This document shows, one piece after another, positions 18,181 through 25,899 of a stretch of 32,000 bases of DNA. The DNA comes from Ktedonobacterales bacterium. Lineage in GTDB: Bacteria; Chloroflexota; Ktedonobacteria; Ktedonobacterales; JADMIN01. The translations under genes and the position numbers were made by a program. Within the stretch, counting starts at the first letter, position 1, and each line of letters opens with the position of its first letter. The notes under the pieces were generated by a model, which was not told the origin of the DNA, ran no database searches, and saw only the letters and a list, made by a program, of their open reading frames with translations. The stretch is taken from NCBI GenBank assembly GCA_030167145.1, contig CP126532.1, positions 5,037,608 through 5,069,607 on the forward strand, in the 5' to 3' direction.

Positions 18181-18747
18181 ATGTCTGACGTACTGCAGCA
18201 AGCCATGTATACTTTTGCAACGACCAGTGATCTGGCTCGCCAGTTAACCGTATTCTGTGCTGCATGGCTGGTCTTTGTGCTGGCAGCGGCCTGGCTACTC
18301 GCGGTGGTGTTACGACGAGACTCTATCTCGATTAGCTTGTTAGCGCGGCTGGCCGCACTGGTCATACTCTCGTTCTTGCTCGCAAAGGTTCTCAATCACG
18401 TCATCTCTGATCCCCGCCCCTACCTTGTCGAGCACTTGACTCCATTCGCTCCAGTTTCGCGGGATAATGGCTTCCCATCTGACCATACGCTTATGGCTGC
18501 GGCATTCACTGCCTCGTTCTGGTGGATTGACCGACGTCTGATCATTCCCTTCGCGCTTGGTATGCTGCTCGTTATGCTAGGTCGTCTTGGCATCGGCGCG
18601 CATCATACACTGGACGTTATCGGAAGCGTTGGGATAGTCGCGTTCGTGACGCTTCTCATCTCGCTAATCCCCTTGCCGCCTCAATGGAGCCGTTCGCTCC
18701 TGGCGTCGCGCACCGCGCGGGGTCTGCCTAGTAGCCATCGCGCATAA
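18181..18747 (+). CDS. PAP2-family membrane phosphatase (undecaprenyl-diphosphatase/BcrC-like)
   Basis: Multi-pass hydrophobic protein with PAP2 motifs 'SDPRP', 'FPSDHT' and 'GAHHTLDVIGS'. 188 aa. Confidence 0.8.
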   Translation: MSDVLQQAMYTFATTSDLARQLTVFCAAWLVFVLAAAWLLAVVLRRDSISISLLARLAALVILSFLLAKVLNHVISDPRPYLVEHLTPFAPVSRDNGFPSDHTLMAAAFTASFWWIDRRLIIPFALGMLLVMLGRLGIGAHHTLDVIGSVGIVAFVTLLISLIPLPPQWSRSLLASRTARGLPSSHRA

Positions 18748-18798
18748 ACCCGGCACGAAAGTCGCGTAATGCTTTTCGATCCCGTGGAATGAGACGTC

Positions 18799-19677
18799 AT
18801 GTTGGCACGGAATGGAGCATGTATGAGCGCGAGAAATGGCCTGGTGATGCTGAATACACCTAAGCGCGTGTCACTGGCGGATTTCGACGCTAGTGCTACA
18901 GGTGGCATGAAGAAAGGTGATGAAAGAGAGATCCTTGAACGATTAGGAACTACTCTACGAGAACAACAAGACCTCCTCTGGGGTGCGGCGAAGCAGAGTG
19001 TCCTCATTGTGCTTCAGGGAATGGACACTGCTGGCAAAGATGGGACGATATCCCACGTGCTTGCCAGTGTCAATCCCGTTTCCTGCCACGTCTGGAGTTT
19101 CCAGCAGCCTACAGCGGAAGAACTTCGCCACGATTTCCTCTGGCGCATTCACAAGCGAACGCCTCAACTGGGCGAAATGGCAGTTTTCAATCGTTCCCAC
19201 TATGAGGATGTGCTGATTGTGCGTGTACATGAGTTAGTGCTGCGGGAAATCTGGCAGACTCGTTACGATGAGATCAACGAGTTCGAGCGTATGCTCACGC
19301 ACAACGGAACCATATTGCTGAAGTTCTTCCTCAATATCTCGAAGGAAGAGCAGGAGCAAAGGCTTCTAGCTCGCGAGAAAGATCCTTCGAAGGCCTGGAA
19401 ACTCTCAGTTGGCGACTGGCATGAGCGTGAGTATTGGGATCAGTATCAACAAGCCTATGAAGATGTGTTAAGTCGGTGCAGTACCAAATGGGCGCCCTGG
19501 TATGTTGTGCCGTCCGACAAGAAGTGGTATCGCAACTTTGTCATCACCCAGGCCATTGTCGAGCGACTTGCCGCCTACCAAACCCATTGGAGCACTGAGC
19601 TTGGTAAGCGCGGCGAACAAGCTCTTGCGGAGCTGCGAGCCTATCGTGAAAATCAACGCAGCGAGGCTGCTGGGTGA
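18799..19677 (+). CDS. ppk2: Polyphosphate kinase 2 family protein (polyphosphate:nucleotide phosphotransferase)
   Basis: P-loop 'VLQGMDTAGKDGT', 'DFLWRIH' and 'FNRSHYEDVL'. The start is ambiguous between ATG 18799, 18823 and 18847. Confidence 0.85.
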   Translation: MLARNGACMSARNGLVMLNTPKRVSLADFDASATGGMKKGDEREILERLGTTLREQQDLLWGAAKQSVLIVLQGMDTAGKDGTISHVLASVNPVSCHVWSFQQPTAEELRHDFLWRIHKRTPQLGEMAVFNRSHYEDVLIVRVHELVLREIWQTRYDEINEFERMLTHNGTILLKFFLNISKEEQEQRLLAREKDPSKAWKLSVGDWHEREYWDQYQQAYEDVLSRCSTKWAPWYVVPSDKKWYRNFVITQAIVERLAAYQTHWSTELGKRGEQALAELRAYRENQRSEAAG

Positions 19678-19863
19678 TACAACGAGTCGCCTAGTAATCT
19701 CAACCTCAATTCGTGCCTGAGCCAGCTTTATTTGGATTGCCATCCAGGAGTTCATCGTCTATTGTCCGCTGGCCTGGGGATTGCTTGGATATCGCGGTGT
19801 GCCGTTTCGAGTACCTGGCACGTATTGTACGTTGGTGGGAATGTTGGCGACCGATCTGACACA

Positions 19864-21537
19864 ATGAACGGAGACGGCCCAACTATGCGGCGATGGGCTA
19901 TCCGCAGCAAGAGCAATAGGATCTGGCGTATCTATCGGGTTGCGTCGCTGCTGTTGCGTACTCTCTACTTCATCAATCGCGAACGCACACGTGTTGTGCG
20001 TGCGCATGCTCGTGGCGAATATGATGTGCAGCCTGATACCGCAACATTGGTGCGAATCGTTCGCGAATTTCGACAGGCTGCCACCGATCTCGGCGGATTA
20101 CTTATCAAGCTAGGCCAGTTCTTAGGTACCCGCGCCGATATGTTGCCACCAGAGGCGCTAATCGAATTGGCTGCGCTGCATGATGATGTACCCCCCGAAT
20201 CTTTTGCGGACATCAAGGCTGCCGTCGAACGCGAACTTGAAAAGCCGCTCGGCGAAGTCTTTTCGGCTTTCGATACTGAGCCTGCTGGTTCGGCGTCGCT
20301 CGGCCAAGTGCATTGGGCGCGTCTGCATGATGGCCGACGGGTAGCAGTGAAAGTACGCCGTCCGGGTATTGCTGGCATTGTACGTACCGACTTGAATACA
20401 CTCCATTTCGTCCTTCGTGTTGTTCGATGGGTTGCACCAGCCGCTGACCGGCTCATGGATCTCCGTGCGCTTTATCGCGAGTTCAGCCGCACCGTCTACG
20501 AAGAGTTAGACTATCAGGACGAGGGCCTCAACGCTGAGCGGTTTGCACGTGTATTCTCTGACGATGACCGTGTAGTCGTGCCAGCGGTGATCTGGGAGTA
20601 TTCTACTAGAGAGGTCCTTACACTCGAATGGGTGGGCGGCATAAAGATCACTGACTGTGATGCGCTCGATGATGCTGGTGTGGATCGCGATGCCCTTGCC
20701 GTCCAACTCGCAGGTACCTATTTTAAGCAAGTATTCACTGCTGGCTTCTTCCATGCCGATCCTCATCCTGGCAACATATTCGTACAACCTACTTCTAAAG
20801 GTCCGCGCCTGGCTTTCGTAGATTTTGGGATGATGGGTGTGATGACACCACGTATGAAAACTGGGCTGCGCGATTGCTTCGGCGGCATTCTCCATCAAGA
20901 TGCCACGATCTTCGTGGAAGGGTTAGATTCTTTGGGGTTTCTTGGACAGGATGCTGATCACGCTGCCATTGAGCAGGCAGTTGGTATATTGCTCACACGC
21001 TTCACCAACATGCCACTCCAGCAAATCCGAACCGTGTTGCCGCGCGAGATGCTCAGCGATGTTGCTGCGGTCCTGTACGATCAGCCATTGCGCCTTCCAT
21101 CACAGTTGGCTTTCTTTGGGCGCGCGCTTGGTATGTTGATGGGTGTCTCACTCACGCTTTCGCCCGACTTCAACTTTGCAAAAGCCGCTGTACCCTATGC
21201 GCGCGAGTTCATGAGTCAGGGAGGGCTGAGCGGGTTGCTTGGCCTCCTCGGCGTAGACAGCCTCAACGCGCTGGGGCGAAATGTCGTACATGATAGCATC
21301 ACCATGATTCGCGCGATAGCCAACTTGCCGCCACGTTTGGAGCGCTTGCTTGTGCGCGCCGAACGTGGCGAGATGCGGATCATCATTGAAGGCCCACTAG
21401 CTGTAGAGCGCACAGCTACCCATCCGAAACGCTCGCTCTTGCAGAGCGCCTTGAGAGTACCTATTCCCGCATGGATCCCCATAGGTGCGCTTGCCGCTTT
21501 TACCATTACCCAATTTCTGCGCCGCAAACCACACTAG
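19864..21537 (+). CDS. ABC1/UbiB-family atypical protein kinase
   Basis: 'GSASLGQVHWARLHDGRRVAVKVRRPG', catalytic loop 'FHADPHPGNIF', 'VDFGMMG' and a C-terminal TM segment. The track ORF starts at TTG 19732; ATG 19864 or ATG 19885 (GGAG upstream) give the usual ~550 aa. Confidence 0.85.
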   Translation: MNGDGPTMRRWAIRSKSNRIWRIYRVASLLLRTLYFINRERTRVVRAHARGEYDVQPDTATLVRIVREFRQAATDLGGLLIKLGQFLGTRADMLPPEALIELAALHDDVPPESFADIKAAVERELEKPLGEVFSAFDTEPAGSASLGQVHWARLHDGRRVAVKVRRPGIAGIVRTDLNTLHFVLRVVRWVAPAADRLMDLRALYREFSRTVYEELDYQDEGLNAERFARVFSDDDRVVVPAVIWEYSTREVLTLEWVGGIKITDCDALDDAGVDRDALAVQLAGTYFKQVFTAGFFHADPHPGNIFVQPTSKGPRLAFVDFGMMGVMTPRMKTGLRDCFGGILHQDATIFVEGLDSLGFLGQDADHAAIEQAVGILLTRFTNMPLQQIRTVLPREMLSDVAAVLYDQPLRLPSQLAFFGRALGMLMGVSLTLSPDFNFAKAAVPYAREFMSQGGLSGLLGLLGVDSLNALGRNVVHDSITMIRAIANLPPRLERLLVRAERGEMRIIIEGPLAVERTATHPKRSLLQSALRVPIPAWIPIGALAAFTITQFLRRKPH

Positions 21538-21607
21538 CGCTTCTTAGCCAAGCCTCTTGGACAAGAATGTAGTGTTGGCTCCTGCTACTCTTGTTGCTGC
21601 GATGTCC

Positions 21608-22258
21608 TTATTGCTCCTGGAACTTTCTCCAATCGGCAAGGAATGCCTCGATGCCTTTATCCGTGAGCGGATGCTTTGCCGCCTGCTCAAGCACCTTAAA
21701 TGGCACGGTCGCAATATCTGCTCCGGCTTTCGCTGCGTCAATGATGTGCAGCGGATGGCGAATACTCGCTGCCAGCACAAGCGTCGTCAAGCCATGCTTG
21801 CGATAAATCTCCACGGTATCGCGCACAACCTGCATCCCATCTTCTGAAATATCATCTAATCTCCCGACAAATGGACTGATAATGTACGCTCCCGCCAGCG
21901 CCGCAAACAACGCCTGGTTGGCAGAAAAACATAGCGTCACGTTCGTGCGAATGCCGTCTTGCTTAAGCTGCTTTACTGCCGCCCATCCGTTGGGGGTCGA
22001 AGGCACCTTTACCACGACATTCGGATGCCATGCAGCGAACCGGCGGCCCTCTTCTACCATGCCTGCTGTATCGAGGCTTACCGTCTCCGCACTAATTGGT
22101 CCGTCTACAATCTCAGCAATCTCTTGGATCACCCGCTCATGACTCTTGCCGGAAGTTTTGCCCACCAGCGTTGGATTGGTCGTAACGCCGCTGAGGATGC
22201 CCCAGCGTGCTGCCTCACGTATCTCGTCAATGTTCGCGGTGTCGAGAAAGATGCGCAT
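21608..22258 (-). CDS. tal: Short-type transaldolase / fructose-6-phosphate aldolase family (class I aldolase)
   Basis: '[16 protein letters not shown]', 'GVTTNPTL' and 'VVKVPST' (Schiff-base Lys). ATG 22258 gives 216 aa, typical for the family; the track ORF starts 5 codons upstream. Confidence 0.9.
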   Translation of the reverse strand: MRIFLDTANIDEIREAARWGILSGVTTNPTLVGKTSGKSHERVIQEIAEIVDGPISAETVSLDTAGMVEEGRRFAAWHPNVVVKVPSTPNGWAAVKQLKQDGIRTNVTLCFSANQALFAALAGAYIISPFVGRLDDISEDGMQVVRDTVEIYRKHGLTTLVLAASIRHPLHIIDAAKAGADIATVPFKVLEQAAKHPLTDKGIEAFLADWRKFQEQ

Positions 22259-22285
22259 GTCCTTCGTCCTCATCTACATCGGTAA

Positions 22286-23215
22286 CTAATGGCCGCCGAT
22301 GCGTTTCAACTCAATCTGCCCATCGCGTATACGTACATCATAACGCGGCTGCGCGATACTGGCAGGTCCAGTAATCGCCTGTCCGGTGCGCACTGAGAAG
22401 CGCGATCCGTGCCACGGGCATTGCACCACATCACCCTGCAACTCGCCTTCGTCCAATGGCCCGCCCGCATGTGTGCAGGTCGCGGCAATCGCGAAGAACT
22501 TGTCGTTCAACTTCAGCAGCGCCACGGGTACACCAGAAACGGTCACGCGGAAGAGCGCATTTGCCGGCGCCTCGGCGACTGGCAGAACTGCCTCATAATC
22601 GTCGCCTGCCGCCTCCCAGGCCGTGTGGTTGACCTGTGTACCCTTAGCAAATACCATATCGCCACCGAGATAGGCGCCAATAGTCATCACCACAAAACCG
22701 GCAAAGCCAATAACCGCTGCGGCCGTGCTTTCGCCCGTGGTCTGCGTGAGCCGTAGCACTACCGAGATGATATAGAGAATGGTTGCACCAGAATTGAGCA
22801 GACCATGATAGAGGCCAGTCGTGCGTTCAGCACCATAGGAGTCGCTCCAGTCCGCCAAGCCCGTCACCACTGCCGCAAGCGCAGCCAGTGTGCCGAGAAT
22901 CACCGTTCCTTCCGCCGCGCGCGCTGCCCAGGCGTTGCCATTCGGTGAGATGAGCCAGACAATATCAAAGACCACTGTCAGCAACCACGCGCCAACGGGC
23001 ACATCGGTAAGCAGTGGGTGTAAGGGGTGGCGCAGCCAGGTTCCAGAGAGCAACGTCTTGAGGCGACGTGGCGGCCTGGCATTGGCGCCAGTGAGTGCCT
23101 TGATGATGGATTGGAGGTTGTCGCTCAGGCGGTCCGTGAATGGCGTGCGCGATTCGGAAGATGTATCTATTGTATCTGTGTCGGTTGTGCTAGCAGGAAC
23201 TTGAGGATCGGTCAT
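22286..23215 (-). CDS. DUF2231 membrane domain fused to a Rieske [2Fe-2S] domain
   Basis: The N-terminal half has 'GTWLRHPLHPLLTDVPVGAW' plus several TM segments, which is DUF2231-like. The C-terminal part has the Rieske ligand motifs 'CTHAGGPL' and 'CPWHGSRF'. Confidence 0.82.
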   Translation of the reverse strand: MTDPQVPASTTDTDTIDTSSESRTPFTDRLSDNLQSIIKALTGANARPPRRLKTLLSGTWLRHPLHPLLTDVPVGAWLLTVVFDIVWLISPNGNAWAARAAEGTVILGTLAALAAVVTGLADWSDSYGAERTTGLYHGLLNSGATILYIISVVLRLTQTTGESTAAAVIGFAGFVVMTIGAYLGGDMVFAKGTQVNHTAWEAAGDDYEAVLPVAEAPANALFRVTVSGVPVALLKLNDKFFAIAATCTHAGGPLDEGELQGDVVQCPWHGSRFSVRTGQAITGPASIAQPRYDVRIRDGQIELKRIGGH

Positions 23216-23307
23216 GGTATCGCACTTCTTTCATGTGAACGAACATGCCGCTCGCTAAGGACTGCGCATTCGCTGCGGCTTGCTCCGAGTACTGCATTTG
23301 GTAGTCT

Positions 23308-23336
23308 ATCGTAGTGTGACGCTGGGATAAAGTCAA
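23308..23336 (-). promoter_or_regulatory. Sigma-70-like promoter candidate for the DUF2231-Rieske/transaldolase transcription unit
   Basis: The minus strand reads TTGACT (23336-23331), a 17-nt spacer, then TACGAT (23313-23308), about 90 nt upstream of ATG 23215. Confidence 0.35.
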
Positions 23337-23449
23337 CTAATTTTGTTAACATTGGTACAACACTGGTCTGAAGTACAGGCTATCCAGCGTGATGCACACC
23401 AGTGCTTTCGTACTTAGGTTACACAGTGAAGTAGCCCATTAGTGGCGCA

Positions 23450-23458
23450 TGGTAGAAT
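23450..23458 (+). promoter_or_regulatory. Extended -10-like element (TGGTAGAAT), candidate hutH promoter
   Basis: TGn+TAGAAT lies about 108 nt upstream of ATG 23566. The -35 is weak. Confidence 0.3.
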
Positions 23459-23565
23459 GGCATAACTTGAGTTAACTGTCACTCGCGGGCGGCCTGCGAG
23501 CGAGGCTGGCACTAACGTACCAGTATATAGAGATTGTGCGCTGTAGGGGCGCGCGGAGGGCGACG

Positions 23566-25137
23566 ATGCCTCAACAGGCGGAAGTGACCATTGGGCAGGG
23601 GGGCGAAGATCGTATCTCGCTCGCAGATGTAGTAGCAGTGGCACACGATGGTGCGCGGGTAGTGCTAGCGCCCCAAGCACTTGAGCGGGTACGTGCCGGA
23701 CGGGCGTTTGTCCAGCGTATTTGCGATGAGAACCAGACCGTTTATGGGATTACAACTGGTTTTGGACATTTAAGCAGAATCAAGATTCCTCAGGATCAAC
23801 TAGCCGATCTTCAGCATAACCTCATCCGCAGCCATGCAAGTGGAGTGGGCGAGCCATTTGACCTCGCCACCGCTCGCGCCGTACTGCTGCTGCTGGCGAA
23901 CAGCCTCGCCCGTGGCCACTCTGGCGTGCGAACAGAATTACTTGACCTGCTTGTCGGCATGCTCAATGCCGGAGTTACCCCCATCGTGCCCATGCGTGGC
24001 TCTGTGGGCGCGAGCGGCGACCTTGCCCCGCTCGCGCATCTCGGCCTCGTGCTCATTGGCGAAGGTGAAGCCATCTATCGTGGAGAACATCTCTCGGGAA
24101 TCGAGGCTTTGCGTCGCGCTGACCTTACCCCAATTGCGCTTAGCGCAAAAGAAGGGTTAGCACTGATCAATGGCACTCATGTGATGGAAGCGTGCGGCGC
24201 ACTTGCCCTGGCTGACGCCTGGCGACTGCTCCGTGCCGCTGAGATCGCAGCTGCCATGAGTACAGAGGCTCTTATGGGCAGTTATGTGCCGCTTGACGCG
24301 CGAATCCATCGCTTGCGCCCACAGGATGGCCAGGCGCGCACCGCCACGCGCATGCGCGCATTGCTCGACAATAGCGAGATCAATCCCAGTCATGTGGATT
24401 GCGGGCGTGTGCAAGACCCTTATTCGCTCCGCTGTGTGCCCCAGGTACTGGGTGCGGTACGTGACGCGCTCAGCCACTGCCAGTATGTCTTCGATGCCGA
24501 GTTGGGGGCTGTTACCGATAATCCGCTGATCTTTGCGGACGACGGCCAGGTGCTCACTGGTGGTAACTTTCACGGGCAGCCACTGGCACTCGCGTTTGAC
24601 TTTCTCGCAATCGCCCTCGCTCAACTCGCTAGTTTCTCGGAGCGGCGTACCTATAATTTGATGGGGCCACATGACTGGGATGTCGGCCCCAACGCAATAC
24701 CGCTGTTCTTGACGCCTGAGCCAGGCCTCAATTCCGGCTACATGATCGCACAGTACGCCGCTGCCGCACTGGTAAACGAAATCAAGGTATTGGCACATCC
24801 CGCCAGCATTGATTCGATTCCCACCTCTGCAGGCATGGAAGACTTCGTTAGTATGGGCGTGACAGCGGCAATAAAGGCAAGACAGCTACTCCATCTTGCC
24901 TATCGCGTAGTAGCTATCGAAGTGCTCTGCGCCGCCCAGGGACTGGACTTCCGCAGGCCGCTCAAGCCGGGTCGTGGGGTTGCCGCTGCATATGAAGCTG
25001 TGCGCTCACGTGTCTCGACTCTCACCAGTGATCGTCCGCCTGCGCCCGATATCGAAGCACTTGCCGCAGCAGTCCATGACGGCTTGTTCGACGCGCATGT
25101 GCCTGAGTCAGCAGTGGATGCAGCCGTGAGTCGCTAG
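23566..25137 (+). CDS. hutH: Histidine ammonia-lyase
   Basis: MIO-forming 'GSVGASGDLAPLAHL', 'TTGFG' and 'LIRSHASGVG' (the Ser-His pair is typical of HAL rather than PAL/TAL). ATG 23566 is preceded by GGAGGG; the track ORF begins 10 codons earlier. Confidence 0.9.
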   Translation: MPQQAEVTIGQGGEDRISLADVVAVAHDGARVVLAPQALERVRAGRAFVQRICDENQTVYGITTGFGHLSRIKIPQDQLADLQHNLIRSHASGVGEPFDLATARAVLLLLANSLARGHSGVRTELLDLLVGMLNAGVTPIVPMRGSVGASGDLAPLAHLGLVLIGEGEAIYRGEHLSGIEALRRADLTPIALSAKEGLALINGTHVMEACGALALADAWRLLRAAEIAAAMSTEALMGSYVPLDARIHRLRPQDGQARTATRMRALLDNSEINPSHVDCGRVQDPYSLRCVPQVLGAVRDALSHCQYVFDAELGAVTDNPLIFADDGQVLTGGNFHGQPLALAFDFLAIALAQLASFSERRTYNLMGPHDWDVGPNAIPLFLTPEPGLNSGYMIAQYAAAALVNEIKVLAHPASIDSIPTSAGMEDFVSMGVTAAIKARQLLHLAYRVVAIEVLCAAQGLDFRRPLKPGRGVAAAYEAVRSRVSTLTSDRPPAPDIEALAAAVHDGLFDAHVPESAVDAAVSR

Positions 25138-25151
25138 CGCGGCTCATTGCG

Positions 25152-25682
25152 TCAGCCTATAGCAAATTGTGCGGAATAGACCGGACCAGCGGGTATGAAG
25201 CCCGTAGATGACCGTGTACTGTAGCCAACACTTACCCTATACGTTCCTGTTGGCCACGGCACAACAGAGAACTGCCCTCCGCCCGGCACAAGGCGCTGTG
25301 TGTTGGTACTACTTGCTGGAATCTCCACCAGACGTGTTTGTGTCATGATTCGGCACCGGCCCACTGTCTGCCATGTGCCGTTGGCCAGATACGCTACTGT
25401 CACCAGCGAGCAGTTAGTCTGGTGGTCAGCAACGAAGATACTGGACGGCAAGCCATTGTTGATGAACACCACAATTGTATCGTTTGGCCCGTAGTGGCTC
25501 TTTGCTAATGTAACCGTTACTGATCCCGGCACGATAGTCGCTCCTGTCGGAACAGGTGTCGCGGCTGTGGTTGCTCCAACCGTTGGCGTGCCGCGTTGAG
25601 TAGCATTCACCCCACAGCCACCCATACCCAGCGCGAGCACCATGACGCAGGCAAACAGCACAATATGTAACTGTCGTCGCAT
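25152..25682 (-). CDS. Probable lipoprotein, function unknown
   Basis: ATG 25682 with a GAGGAGGA Shine-Dalgarno. The signal peptide 'MRRQLHIVLFACVMVLALGMGGC' ends in a lipobox-like Cys, followed by a Thr/Pro/Gly linker and a beta-rich domain. Confidence 0.65.
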   Translation of the reverse strand: MRRQLHIVLFACVMVLALGMGGCGVNATQRGTPTVGATTAATPVPTGATIVPGSVTVTLAKSHYGPNDTIVVFINNGLPSSIFVADHQTNCSLVTVAYLANGTWQTVGRCRIMTQTRLVEIPASSTNTQRLVPGGGQFSVVPWPTGTYRVSVGYSTRSSTGFIPAGPVYSAQFAIG

Positions 25683-25778
25683 GCGTTCCTCCTCTGATGT
25701 TTCACCATCTCCACCCCCAACGACGACACGCAAGACCTGCGGGTTCCGCGATTAGTATATCCCCATGAAAATATGTGA

Positions 25779-25828
25779 AGACCTCCACATGAAAGCAAGT
25801 TTGTGGCCGTACTTTCACATGGAGGTCT
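25779..25828 (-). terminator. Imperfect 17-bp inverted repeat between the 622-aa gene and the lipoprotein gene (candidate terminator or operator)
   Basis: AGACCTCCACATGAAAG (25779-25795) pairs with CTTTCACATGGAGGTCT (25812-25828) as 9 bp + 2 mismatches + 6 bp, with a 16-nt loop. On the minus strand it is followed by TCACATATTTTCAT and then a TATACT -10-like hexamer (25754-25759). Confidence 0.4.
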
Positions 25829-25899
25829 GAATGGGTCGCTTCGGTTGCCGCTGTGCAGGTGCCATCATGCACTGCGTTTGCCGAAGCGCTGCCTGAGAA

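Noticed and set aside
24157-24798. 213-aa ORF antisense to hutH
   Set aside because: Shadow ORF. The hutH frame carries the MIO and substrate motifs.
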